Shown here one piece after another: positions 28,593 to 38,276 of a DNA stretch of 64,000 bases. Within the stretch, counting starts at the first letter, position 1, and every line of letters begins with the position of its first letter. The notes under the pieces were generated by a model. That model saw only the letters and a list, made by a program, of their open reading frames with translations. It was not told the DNA's origin and made no database searches. The position numbers and the translations under genes were made by a program. The stretch lies in contig CAVTZU010000013.1 of assembly GCA_963739305.1 (NCBI GenBank), forward strand, positions 64,001 to 128,000, written 5' to 3'. Source of the stretch: Candidatus Bathyarchaeota archaeon. Lineage in GTDB: Archaea > Thermoproteota > Bathyarchaeia > Bathyarchaeales > Bathycorpusculaceae.

Positions 28593-29375
28593 TTGATTCA
28601 GATGCCATTATCTGACCACAAGAGATTTTCAAAAACAACACGCAACTCTTCGGACACTCGTGAAGGATCCCTAAAAGAAGCGTTGTCCGAGCCTCGGAAA
28701 CCTGTCGGGGTTGATCGCGTGACAGATCTCATGAATTGTATGGATATTTCAAAGAAGGTTTATCATTCTTCAATTCTGCCCAAGAAACTTTCCAGTAGCA
28801 ATTCAGCCAAGACAAGAGTAGTTGGGGGAATTTCTAGAAATCTTGGTTCACATTCGTTCTCGGATAAACGATTGAAGCCCCGAGACTTCAACCTATGCAG
28901 AATCCCGAAAAAAAGCTCGAGTCTGCTGAGTAAAAGTGTTAATAGCTCTAGTTTTCTGATGGGAATTTTTACGCGAGAGGGACCCACATCAAAGTTTCCA
29001 TCAGCCTTTGTTGACAAGAACAAACTAGTAATGCACAAGCTGAATCGACCTCTTTCTCGAAAAGAAGTCAATTCAAATAATCAAAAACTCGGGCACTTTT
29101 CAAATGCTACTGCACTTCGATTGTTTGAAGCTTTGTCAAAGGAGCCAATGGAGTTTCTTCGTCTTCACACAAGTTTTGGAGTTTCAAAGCGGACCGTGAG
29201 GGGGTTCGTCAGAAATGGATGGTTAACAGAGACGTGGGGACGAGGAGGCGTGGGTATTCGGTTCAGACTTTCAGAGAAGGGAAGGAACTATCTAAAAAGC
29301 CTTGAGGAATATTCAAAGTACGAAACAAAACCGAATCTGCGAAACTTCATTCGTCTAAAAAATAGAGCCTTCTGA
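28593..29375 (+). CDS. Hypothetical protein with a disordered basic/Ser-rich N-terminus and a C-terminal winged helix
   Basis: LRLFEALSKEPMEFLRLHTSFGVSKRTVRGFVRNGWLTE...FRLSEKGRNYL; TTTATAAG upstream. Confidence 0.65.
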   Translation: MIQMPLSDHKRFSKTTRNSSDTREGSLKEALSEPRKPVGVDRVTDLMNCMDISKKVYHSSILPKKLSSSNSAKTRVVGGISRNLGSHSFSDKRLKPRDFNLCRIPKKSSSLLSKSVNSSSFLMGIFTREGPTSKFPSAFVDKNKLVMHKLNRPLSRKEVNSNNQKLGHFSNATALRLFEALSKEPMEFLRLHTSFGVSKRTVRGFVRNGWLTETWGRGGVGIRFRLSEKGRNYLKSLEEYSKYETKPNLRNFIRLKNRAF

Positions 29376-29641
29376 TGCCGTCCAATTCATGGGTAATTCT
29401 CCCTTCAGGGAGGAGGAGGCGGTCGCGGAGGAGGTGGCAGAACACTTCAAATCTTTCCCATTCACGCTGCGTACGGCCGCAACGATAACGCCGATGACAA
29501 ATGCAGGTGTCGGGTCAAGGCCTCTTCTGCATTCTGGAGTGTAACGCGCGCTTCAGATGGACCTTCCATATTTCTTTTTCCACGATCAGGAGGGATGGCA
29601 AGCCTTTAATGCGATTCTTTCGCGAATAGAGACATGAGAAG

Positions 29642-30535
29642 ATGAGCATGCCGAAACCGATTCTGGAAGGAATTCTTGTTCCCAGCGTTACCCCCTTCAC
29701 CCGCACTGGACGCATCGACGTCAGCTCATTAAGGGAATGCGTAAGCTTCTGGCTGGAAGGCGGCCTCTCAGGACTAGTTCCAATCGGCAGCAACGGTGAG
29801 GCTCCGTATCTTTCAAGACAAGAACGAGTAAGCATAATCAAAACAGTTGTCGACGAGACCAACGGAAAAGTCCCAGTGATTGCGGGCACAGGCAGCACCA
29901 GCACCAGAGAGACGATCCTGTTCACCAAGGACGCAGCCGACTTAGGCGCGGACGCCGCCCTGATAGTGACGCCATACTACTACAAACTGAACAGCCAAGA
30001 AATCCACGAGCACTACAAGAGCGTGTCTGAAGCCGTCGATTTTCCTATAGTCGTCTACAGCGTCCCAAAGTTTACAGGCGTGTCGCTGGAACCAGCCTTC
30101 ATCAACAAGCTTGCCTTGGAAAACAGGAAAGTGATTGGAGTGAAGGACAGCAGCGGAAACCTCGGTGCCATCACCGAAACCATAAGGCTGACAGGCAAAC
30201 GACTCTCAGTCTTGGCAGGCAGCGCCGACATAGTTTTGCCTACCTTATTGGCAGGAGGCAGCGGCGCAGTTGTGGCGGTTGCCAACGTGTTTCCCGCCTT
30301 GTGCAGCAAACTTTACATGGCTTTTAAGAAGCGAGACTACGAAGAAGCCTCCGCGCTCCAGAACCGCGTATCGTTCGCAAATGAAGTCCTGGTGAAAAAG
30401 TTCAACCAGCTTTCAGCCATCAAAGAAGCGATGAAGTCAAAAGGACTTCCCGCCGGATATCCTCGTAGACCAGCATTGCCCCTCGTCGGCACTGATAAGA
30501 AAACGCTCCTTGGCCTGTTGAAAGAAATAGGGTAA
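29642..30535 (+). CDS. dapA: Dihydrodipicolinate synthase family protein
   Basis: VTPF, GSNGE, VPVIAGTGS, VTPYYY, IVVYSVP, GVKDSSG. Confidence 0.9.
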   Translation: MSMPKPILEGILVPSVTPFTRTGRIDVSSLRECVSFWLEGGLSGLVPIGSNGEAPYLSRQERVSIIKTVVDETNGKVPVIAGTGSTSTRETILFTKDAADLGADAALIVTPYYYKLNSQEIHEHYKSVSEAVDFPIVVYSVPKFTGVSLEPAFINKLALENRKVIGVKDSSGNLGAITETIRLTGKRLSVLAGSADIVLPTLLAGGSGAVVAVANVFPALCSKLYMAFKKRDYEEASALQNRVSFANEVLVKKFNQLSAIKEAMKSKGLPAGYPRRPALPLVGTDKKTLLGLLKEIG

Positions 30536-30614
30536 CCTCAGGTTTTCAGCATGTACCAAAACAGATAAGAACTCGTATACAGACCATCAATGCACCAAGT
30601 GGAAGTGAGCTGCA

Positions 30615-30809
30615 ATGCCTGCTGAAATCCTTGATACCGAACACTTTGTGAAGCTGAGTGAAAAAGCAGAGTTCTGCGCCGTCAAACGGTTAAAGGAAGT
30701 CGTGAAGCTGAAGCTTCGAACGCCGAGCAAACTGTACACACTGAAGATTGAACCAATGAAGGCTGAAGAAGTCATCAAGAAGCTTCAATGCGAAATCCGC
30801 GAGATATGA
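30615..30809 (+). CDS. rpl38e: Ribosomal protein eL38
   Basis: MPAEI...VKR...VKLKLRTPSKLYTLKI...EEVIKKL.CEIREI matches the eL38 pattern. Confidence 0.85.
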   Translation: MPAEILDTEHFVKLSEKAEFCAVKRLKEVVKLKLRTPSKLYTLKIEPMKAEEVIKKLQCEIREI

Positions 30810-31123
30810 GCGCGTGTCCCAGAAACTGTCGTGATCTTCTAGTTTAGATTTTCTTTGGCGCGCGTCGTCAGTTTGCTTGTCAACAACGATCCCCGCGTAC
30901 ATTGCGAGATTTTGAGCCTTCAGAAGGTACCGTAAGCAGCAATGCATGCAAGCAACATGCAATCCTGCTGCAAGACAAGCCTAACAGGCCGTTCATATTT
31001 GGATCCAAATATTCATGGTACATTGAAACCTAGGAGGGGTACCGATCACCGCCACACCAGATCTCCAAACATTACCAAGCGTGTCCCTAATCAATGAGCT
31101 AAAGCGGCCGCGCGAATTTGTGA

Positions 31124-32545
31124 TCACTGCTTCTTCGTAAGGTATTCGTGAATGGCTCTCGCAGCCTTCTTGCCTGCTCCCATCGCGCTTATCACAGTGG
31201 CTTCACCCGTAACTATGTCACCGCCCGCGTAGACGCCTTCAATGTTCGTTTTCCCGTTCTCATCAGACACTATTGTACCCCATTTCGTCACTTCCAACCC
31301 CTCCGTCGTGCTCTGTATGATCGGATTCGGCGTCCTGCCCACTGCAACGATAACGGTGTCAGTGTCCATCACAAACTCTGAACCCTTCACGGGAACAGGT
31401 CTTCTTCTGCCAGACTGGTCCGGGGGCCCCAACTCCATACATACACACTCCATCGCCTTCACCCAGCCTTTCTCGTCCCCGAAGAACCTTATTGGGTTCG
31501 CCAAAAACTTGCAGAGTATCCCCTCCTCCTCAGCATTCTCGATCTCTTCTTTGCGAGCAGGCATCTCTTCTCGCGACCGACGATAGACAATGCACACTTC
31601 CTCAGCACCCAAACGCAATGCCGAGCGAGCAGAATCCATGGCAACGTTGCCGCCGCCGATAACGACCACATGCTTTCCGATTCTGATCGGCGTATCATAA
31701 AGAGGAAACGCGTACGCCTTCATCAGGTTCACGCGAATCAGAAACTCGTTTGCAGAATAGATCCCGCCAAGGTTCTCGCCCGGCACCCCCAAGAACGCTG
31801 GCAGACCCGCTCCGGTGCCAATGAAAACAGCACCAAAGCCTCTTTCCTTGAGTAGCTCTGGAATCGTGTAAACTCTTCCAACAAGATAACCCAAATGAAA
31901 GTCAGCCCCAAGCTTCTGGATGTAATCCGCTTCAGCCTGAACAATCTTCTTTGGCAATCGGAACTCAGGGATCCCGTAAACCAAAACCCCCCCGGGGACG
32001 TGTAAAGCTTCAAAGATCTCGACCTTGTGCCCCATCCTGACGAGGTCCGCCGCAGCGGTAAGCCCAGCTGGGCCGGCACCGACTATCGCTATTTTCTTGC
32101 CTGTTGACGGTGCCCTCTCGGATAGTTTTGTTCTTCCTCTGTCTCTTTCCCAGTCTGCCAACCAACGTTCCAGCCTGCCGATACTGACTGGTTCACCGAC
32201 TTTAGCAAGGATGCAGCACTTTTGGCACTGCTCTTCCTGCGGGCATACACGCCCACAAATGGCTGGCAAGCTATTCTTCTCTTTGATCTTCGCTATGGCC
32301 TCATCATACTTTCCTTCCCTCAACAGCTTGACGAATTCAGGGATGCTTATCTCAACCGGGCAGCCCGTGACACACTGGGGTTTTGGACACTGTAAACAAC
32401 GGTTCGCCTCTGCCTTTGCTTGCTCCTCAGTATAGCCGAGAGCAACTTCATCAAAATTCTTCCTGCGGTCCTCTGGCTTCTGCTTGGGCATCTGCTCTGC
32501 TTCTTTCTTTATCTTAGGTTTCGGTTTACTTTCTGCCACAGGCAC
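31124..32545 (-). CDS. sudA: NfnB/SudA (NADPH-dependent glutamate synthase beta-chain-like) subunit
   Basis: EANRCLQC..P.C..GCP, CGRVCPQE.QC, GAGPAG, YGIPEFRLPK, GGGNVAMD. Confidence 0.93.
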   Translation of the reverse strand: MPVAESKPKPKIKKEAEQMPKQKPEDRRKNFDEVALGYTEEQAKAEANRCLQCPKPQCVTGCPVEISIPEFVKLLREGKYDEAIAKIKEKNSLPAICGRVCPQEEQCQKCCILAKVGEPVSIGRLERWLADWERDRGRTKLSERAPSTGKKIAIVGAGPAGLTAAADLVRMGHKVEIFEALHVPGGVLVYGIPEFRLPKKIVQAEADYIQKLGADFHLGYLVGRVYTIPELLKERGFGAVFIGTGAGLPAFLGVPGENLGGIYSANEFLIRVNLMKAYAFPLYDTPIRIGKHVVVIGGGNVAMDSARSALRLGAEEVCIVYRRSREEMPARKEEIENAEEEGILCKFLANPIRFFGDEKGWVKAMECVCMELGPPDQSGRRRPVPVKGSEFVMDTDTVIVAVGRTPNPIIQSTTEGLEVTKWGTIVSDENGKTNIEGVYAGGDIVTGEATVISAMGAGKKAARAIHEYLTKKQ

Positions 32546-33365
32546 AGCTTCCTTGCAATTGATAGATGAAAGAGCTCAGTCTTTCCTCAGGCAGAAACAT
32601 TCTCTGCCTGTTCACCAACTCGTCAAAATCCACTGCGTGTCCATCAAATTCTGGGCCGTCAACGCATCCGAACTTCATCTTGCCGCTGACGGTAACTCTG
32701 CACACCCCACACATTCCCATACCGTCTATCATTACAGGCGTCAAAGTAACGATTGTGGGCACTTTGCAGGACCTCGTCAACTCTGCCACATTTCGCATCA
32801 TCACGATAGGTCCATAGGTAACGCAGCGATCAAACCTGCCTTTTTCAAGAACATCCTTGAGAAAATCTAGTCCTTCGAAGCCTTTGGATCCGTCATCGGT
32901 TGTAACATAGAACTCATCGCAGAGGAGCTTCATCTCTTCTTCGAAGAAAAGCAGGTCCTTGGTTCTGGCTCCAATGGCAACCGTCACGCTGTTTCCGGCT
33001 TCCCTAAGCGCCTTCACCTGAAGCAGCATAGGTGCGATCATTACACCGCCGCCGACGCATAGAACTTTCCCGAAGTTCTTCACCTCGGAAGGTTTTCCCA
33101 GAGGTCCCGTTATGCTCTGCACACAATCGCCTTCGTTGAGGCATCCCAACTGCCGGGTTGTCTTGCCGACCTCATTGAAGGCGAAGCATACTGTTCCCTT
33201 CTTTGGATCGTATCCGGCAAAAGTCAGAGGAACGCGTTCACCCTTCTCGTCGATCATTAACATGATGAATTGGCCAGGACGAGCTTTTTGAGCTATTTCA
33301 GGAGCATCAACCTCAAACCACTTGATCTTCGGTGCCAGCTCCCTCTTCGAGAGAATCTTATACAT
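32526..33365 (-). CDS. sudB: NfnA/SudB (sulfide/dihydroorotate dehydrogenase-like FAD/NAD-binding, 2Fe-2S) subunit
   Basis: ARPGQFI...GERVPLT, GPLG, GGG, MIDGMGMCGVCRV...CVDGPEFD. Confidence 0.93.
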   Translation of the reverse strand: MYKILSKRELAPKIKWFEVDAPEIAQKARPGQFIMLMIDEKGERVPLTFAGYDPKKGTVCFAFNEVGKTTRQLGCLNEGDCVQSITGPLGKPSEVKNFGKVLCVGGGVMIAPMLLQVKALREAGNSVTVAIGARTKDLLFFEEEMKLLCDEFYVTTDDGSKGFEGLDFLKDVLEKGRFDRCVTYGPIVMMRNVAELTRSCKVPTIVTLTPVMIDGMGMCGVCRVTVSGKMKFGCVDGPEFDGHAVDFDELVNRQRMFLPEERLSSFIYQLQGSCACGRK

Positions 33366-34575
33366 TGGTTCTCACCTCTACACTCACCATCTTCAAAGGA
33401 GGCAGGGACGCAATCTTCTTTTCAAACTCGGCGAGCTTCTGATCAAATTCGCCAACGCATCTCGGGTTAACCGTGAACAACTCGAAACGCTCAAGCAACC
33501 CCATTTTTTTCAACGAATTCTTGAGGACAGAAACGTTTCTTTCAGCCGTTTCCTTTCCTTCCTGAAGCTTACAGTCTTCCGGTGAACATACCGCGGCCAT
33601 TACACCGTCAAACCCGTTCTGCAAAGCGTTGAAAACATGAACTGGGTCTAAAGCCTTGAAGCATGGAACCTCCAACATCAAGACTTTCTTGTTCAACGGG
33701 CTTTCAGAGTCGTCTAATGCTGAGAACTCTGACCATTGACAAACGAAAACAAGAATGAGCGGCGATACTCCTTGCTTCTTGAGCTGCCTAGCAGCTTCCA
33801 CGTAACGTTTGAGTACGTTGTCAAACTCGAAACCCTTGACCTCAATCGCGTTATAAGGGCAGACCAATGCACAGGCTCCACAACCCTTGCACTTGTCCGC
33901 AAGAATCTTAGGAGTCGCCAATTGCTGTGCCTCTATTGCCTTGTAGGGACAGATGAACACGCACTTGTCGCAGCCTACGCATTTTGACGTGTCGTAAATC
34001 GCTTTCCTGGAGTATTTGATGACTTTGAAGGCGTCTTTGTGGAGCCCGAATTGCTCGAGCACTTTTCCGCCCAGAACCATTCTTCGAGTGTTTATCTTCG
34101 TGCCCTCCTTGAAGCGGCAGAAGTCATCCTCACATTGAAGCGAGACGATTCTCTTTATGCCACTTTTCAAGACTTTGAAAATGAACTCCGCTGGAATGCG
34201 TCCAGCACAGGGAACACGTAGAGGTATGTATTTCTCTATTCTCAAACCGTTTTCTTTGAGGATCTCCTGCACCTCGCCACTTGAAGGTGAGTTACCTCTG
34301 CACATCAGGACGAGCGTATCGCTCCTGCACTTTTCCTGCAAGACCTTAACGTGATTGAGCAAGCTTTCATAATCATAGTACATGATTTCCACTGCCATAA
34401 CAGGGCAAGCGCTGTAACATATGCCGCAGACCTGGCACTTTTGAAGGTCTATCTCAACCTTGCCGGTTTCTGGGTCACGTTTTATCGCTTCGTATGGACA
34501 TATCGAATGGCAGATGGAACACCTGCTACAAAGATCTTCGTTGATCATTATTGCTGCGGCACATTTCTTGCTCAT
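33358..34575 (-). CDS. Polyferredoxin with two MvhD/FlpD-like domains
   Basis: Four CxxCxxCxxxCP motifs; RVPCAGRI...CEDDFCRF and FVCQWSE...EVPC...GFDGV...CSPEDC. Confidence 0.85.
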   Translation of the reverse strand: MSKKCAAAIMINEDLCSRCSICHSICPYEAIKRDPETGKVEIDLQKCQVCGICYSACPVMAVEIMYYDYESLLNHVKVLQEKCRSDTLVLMCRGNSPSSGEVQEILKENGLRIEKYIPLRVPCAGRIPAEFIFKVLKSGIKRIVSLQCEDDFCRFKEGTKINTRRMVLGGKVLEQFGLHKDAFKVIKYSRKAIYDTSKCVGCDKCVFICPYKAIEAQQLATPKILADKCKGCGACALVCPYNAIEVKGFEFDNVLKRYVEAARQLKKQGVSPLILVFVCQWSEFSALDDSESPLNKKVLMLEVPCFKALDPVHVFNALQNGFDGVMAAVCSPEDCKLQEGKETAERNVSVLKNSLKKMGLLERFELFTVNPRCVGEFDQKLAEFEKKIASLPPLKMVSVEVRTNV

Positions 34576-34682
34576 TTACTCTGACTCCTCGGCTTTTTGT
34601 CTTTCAACCTTCCCTGAGACAATCGTTTTCGTGACTCTGAAAAGAATTATTCTGAACGATATATTGGTTTTGAGGGGTTTAG

Positions 34683-35615
34683 CTACTTTCTATAGTATGG
34701 TCTTTCGATGAAGGCGTATGCCTCAACCGCAGCAGTTATTCCTTGTCCAACAGCTACTCCTATTTGCTTGACGGGATGGTTTGCAACGTCACCCGCAGCA
34801 TAGACTCCTTCGATGTTGGTGTGCTGCAGCGCGTCAACGATGATGTTGCCATCTTTGTCAACAGCAACTCCGGCTTCTTTAGCTTGCTGGGAGTTAGGGT
34901 CCTCACCAATCTGGACGAAAACGCCGTCAGTCAAAACCTCTCCAGTTTCACCGCTTTGGTTGTTGATGATGATGACCTTCGTCACACTCTTCTCGCCAAG
35001 AATCTCCTTGACCTCGGAGTTCCAAAGAACCTCGATGTTTTTCATCATTTTCAAGTCCTGAGCCAAAGCATCTTCCGCCCTGAAGGTGTTCTTGCGGTGA
35101 ACGAGTTTGACGTCTGATCCGAGATGAGCAAGGTACAGCGCAGTTATGAGCGCCGTGTTCCCCCCTCCAACAACCACAACTCGCTTGTTTTTGAAAAATG
35201 GGCCATCACATAGCCCGCAGTAACTCACCCCTCTTCCACGGAACTCTTCTTCGCCCGGAACTCCAAGACGACGATACGTTGCTCCAGAAGCAACTATAAT
35301 CGCTTTGGCCTCGAACGTTCCCTTTTCAGTTTCAACTACCTTCTTATCGACTCCCAGGACCATTCTCACAACCCTTTCAAACTCGTTGATCTTCGCGCCT
35401 GTTTCCTTAGTTTGAGCAACCATTTTCTGTGCGAGCTCGGTGCCTTCGATATTTTGAAAACCAGGATAGTTCTCCACCCATGGCGCGTCGGCTGTAGTTC
35501 CCCCAGCTATTTTCTCTTCCAGAATGATCGTCTTGAGTCCGCTTCGAGCGCCATAAATCCCAGCGGCCATGCCAGCGGCTCCCGCGCCTATTATCAATAA
35601 ATCGCAGCTTTCCAT
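34683..35615 (-). CDS. trxB: Thioredoxin-disulfide reductase
   Basis: GAGAAG, VENYPG, GRGVSYCGLCDG, GGGNTA, GVYAAGD. Confidence 0.95.
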   Translation of the reverse strand: MESCDLLIIGAGAAGMAAGIYGARSGLKTIILEEKIAGGTTADAPWVENYPGFQNIEGTELAQKMVAQTKETGAKINEFERVVRMVLGVDKKVVETEKGTFEAKAIIVASGATYRRLGVPGEEEFRGRGVSYCGLCDGPFFKNKRVVVVGGGNTALITALYLAHLGSDVKLVHRKNTFRAEDALAQDLKMMKNIEVLWNSEVKEILGEKSVTKVIIINNQSGETGEVLTDGVFVQIGEDPNSQQAKEAGVAVDKDGNIIVDALQHTNIEGVYAAGDVANHPVKQIGVAVGQGITAAVEAYAFIERPYYRK

Positions 35616-35851
35616 GCTCTCTCAACTCTGAGACCCATTATTCTAACCACTCGTGGTTTATGAAATATTCGCAAAGCAAGAGGACTACGGGATATCTCTC
35701 TTATCGCAAACAATGTGCTTCTGCACTAACCTATGCTTCATGGTGTAAACATTCGGCTGGACTCTGAAAGCGAAAGGCTTCAACTGGAAGCTTGTTCCAG
35801 AATCCTTATAATCGAGGTTCAAAAGATGGTAGCTCAAGAGGAGAGAAAGAA

Positions 35852-37018
35852 ATGATCAGAAAAATCGCAGTTCTATCTTTGATCGTTCTGCTTGCCTCAT
35901 TCATCTACGTCACCGCTGCCGCAATGCCGCACGCATCTGCCGCTGCGCCAGTACAGTTGTTCATCGACCCTCCACAAATCGTTGATCAGACTCTAGTGCC
36001 AAACACCATGTTCAACGTTTCAGTCAAGGTAGCTAACATTCCTGCTGACCCCGGGGTCGTCGGCATTGAGTTCAACGTGACCTGGGATCCAACGATACTC
36101 ACTGGAATCAGCCAGCAGGAAATTATCTTCCACCAGGTGACGCCGACAAGTCAATGGAGCAACATTTGGGCTCTCACGGATGATGTCGAGACCAACTCCG
36201 TAGCGTATGCTTACACCTTCCAGAACATCGCCAAGGCCAAAACAGGCGGCTACGCACCGATAAACGGAAGCTACACCGTCGCAAACATCACGCTTCAGGT
36301 AGTAGGCGTCGGAAAATGCCCACTGCACTTCTACGTGTCAAAACTAGGAGACCCAACGGGCACCGCAATCGACCACGACACAACTGATGGATTCTTTAAC
36401 AACATAGTTCCACCCCCACCGCCAGCAGCTGCACTGCTCTCACTTGATCCAGCGAAAATCGTCAACTCTGGCCTCGTTGTCGGCACAACCTTCTCAGTAA
36501 GCGTTAATATCACAAACGCCACGAACCTCGGCGGCCTAGAATTCAAACTTGGCTTCAACGTAAGCGTTCTGAACGCGCTTTCTGTTAACGCCGGCGGAAT
36601 TCCTTTCACCGGAACAGCAACACAGATAGATAATTCGACAGGATTCATAATGTTCAATGCCACATCAGTCCCGTCTTTGAACATCACGGGCACTGCGGCG
36701 ATAGTTCAATTCAAAGTGATGGCAGACGGAGTCAAAAACTCGCTCTTGCACTTGTACAATGTGACGCTCGTCGATGGTGACGGCAATCCGTTACCGTTCA
36801 ACACGACCGATGGAAGCTTCACGAACACGAAGATCATCCCAGGCGACATAGACTCAAACGGAATCGTCGACATCTACGACGCAATCGCGGCTGCTCGCGC
36901 GTTCGGTTCGACTCCTGCATCCCCTAACTGGAACGCCGCGGCAGACCTTAACGGAGACGGACAAATAGACATCTTTGACCTAATAATAATCGGACAGAAC
37001 TTCCGTCAAAAAGCGTAA
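35852..37018 (+). CDS. Secreted protein with two cohesin-like domains and a C-terminal dockerin-like domain
   Basis: Signal peptide; FNVSVKVAN...FNVTWDPTIL and FSVSVNITN...FKLGFNVSVL; PPPPP linker; GDIDSNGIVDIYD...ADLNGDGQIDIFD. Confidence 0.88.
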   Translation: MIRKIAVLSLIVLLASFIYVTAAAMPHASAAAPVQLFIDPPQIVDQTLVPNTMFNVSVKVANIPADPGVVGIEFNVTWDPTILTGISQQEIIFHQVTPTSQWSNIWALTDDVETNSVAYAYTFQNIAKAKTGGYAPINGSYTVANITLQVVGVGKCPLHFYVSKLGDPTGTAIDHDTTDGFFNNIVPPPPPAAALLSLDPAKIVNSGLVVGTTFSVSVNITNATNLGGLEFKLGFNVSVLNALSVNAGGIPFTGTATQIDNSTGFIMFNATSVPSLNITGTAAIVQFKVMADGVKNSLLHLYNVTLVDGDGNPLPFNTTDGSFTNTKIIPGDIDSNGIVDIYDAIAAARAFGSTPASPNWNAAADLNGDGQIDIFDLIIIGQNFRQKA

Positions 37019-37066
37019 ACCTCTTTCCCTTTTTTCTTTTGCAGCTCATCCAAAAGACGAATCAGT

Positions 37067-38176
37067 CTAGAAACCGAGTGCCACTAACTCTGAAATATCC
37101 ATGATTTGGATTTTGCCTTCAGCACCAGTGGTCTTCACTGCATCCTCAAACGTCAAGAGGCAGTAAGGACAAGCGACTGCAAGAACGTCGGCCCCGGCCT
37201 CGACAGCATCTCTGACGCGTGTCTCAGCAAGACGCGGACCAGGAATGTCAACCCACATTCTTCCTCCTCCCCCTTCACAGCAAACGCTCCTCGCCCTGTT
37301 GCGGTCAAACTCTAAGAGCTTCACGCCGGGTACGCTTTCAATCACTTTCCTAGGCTCGTCGTAAACGCCGTTCTGCTTCCCCAAGAAGCACGGGTCATGA
37401 TAGATTACTTTCCTGTTCACTTCCTTGCTGAAAGCCAATTTCTTCTCGTCAATCAGTTTGGCAAGAAGCTGACTGTGATGAAGCGGCTCAAAAACAGTCT
37501 GATTGTACCTATTCTTGAAGGCATGGTATCCATGTGGACAGCTTGTCACAGCCTGTTTCACATCATACTTCCTGAAGGCCTTCATGTTCTCTTCAACGAG
37601 GAAATCAAAAAGGCCTTTTTCCCCCATTCCGTAAACTTCGCTTCCGCAACAGTTTTCTTCGTCGCATAGAACGCCAAAATTTAAGCCTGCTCTTTCGAAG
37701 CATCTTACTAGGCTTTTAGGCACGTTCTGAACTCTCGGGTCGTAGGCAGCGGTACATCCGACGAAGAACAAGACGTCTGCACCCTGTGACATTGGTTTGA
37801 CATTTAGGCCTTGCATCCATTCGGAGCGTTTGTTACGTATTCTTCCCCAAGGGTTACCGTTCTTGAAAATGCTTTCCAACGCATCCCTTATCGTAGGCGC
37901 GATCTGGCCCTCTTCAACCGCCATACCCCGAACGTCAATAAGAAACTCATACGGGTTCAGATCCTTTGGACAGCGGACGCCACACGTGCTACAAGTTGTG
38001 CAGCTCCAAACCTCATTCTGTGAATGAGGTGTCAACTTGCCTAACGTGGAAACTTCACGCATGTACTTTCTAATGTTCAGATTGGCTTTTCTTGCGACTG
38101 GACAGCTTCCAGTGCAAGTTCCACATTGAATACATTCAAGAAGTTTGTGCTTCTGCGTCAGCTCCTGAGCATTCAT
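37067..38176 (-). CDS. HdrD-like (Fe-S)-binding protein with CCG domains
   Basis: CIQCGTCTGSCP, CTTCSTCGVRCP, ENCCG, SCPHG, YHDPC.LG, CCEGGGG, ACPYC. Confidence 0.92.
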   Translation of the reverse strand: MNAQELTQKHKLLECIQCGTCTGSCPVARKANLNIRKYMREVSTLGKLTPHSQNEVWSCTTCSTCGVRCPKDLNPYEFLIDVRGMAVEEGQIAPTIRDALESIFKNGNPWGRIRNKRSEWMQGLNVKPMSQGADVLFFVGCTAAYDPRVQNVPKSLVRCFERAGLNFGVLCDEENCCGSEVYGMGEKGLFDFLVEENMKAFRKYDVKQAVTSCPHGYHAFKNRYNQTVFEPLHHSQLLAKLIDEKKLAFSKEVNRKVIYHDPCFLGKQNGVYDEPRKVIESVPGVKLLEFDRNRARSVCCEGGGGRMWVDIPGPRLAETRVRDAVEAGADVLAVACPYCLLTFEDAVKTTGAEGKIQIMDISELVALGF

Positions 38177-38276
38177 GTCGGTCCATCGCTTTTTAGTGAA
38201 ACGGGAGCATAAGGTTATTAAAGCGTTTTCCCGTGAATCATTCAAAATCGTTCATAGGCTAAGGAGATTTCAACCA

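Noticed and set aside
29390-29520. Pro-rich minus-strand fragment (LPPPPRPPPPP)
   Set aside because: No coherent start or frame; possibly a decayed membrane-protein tail but unsupported.
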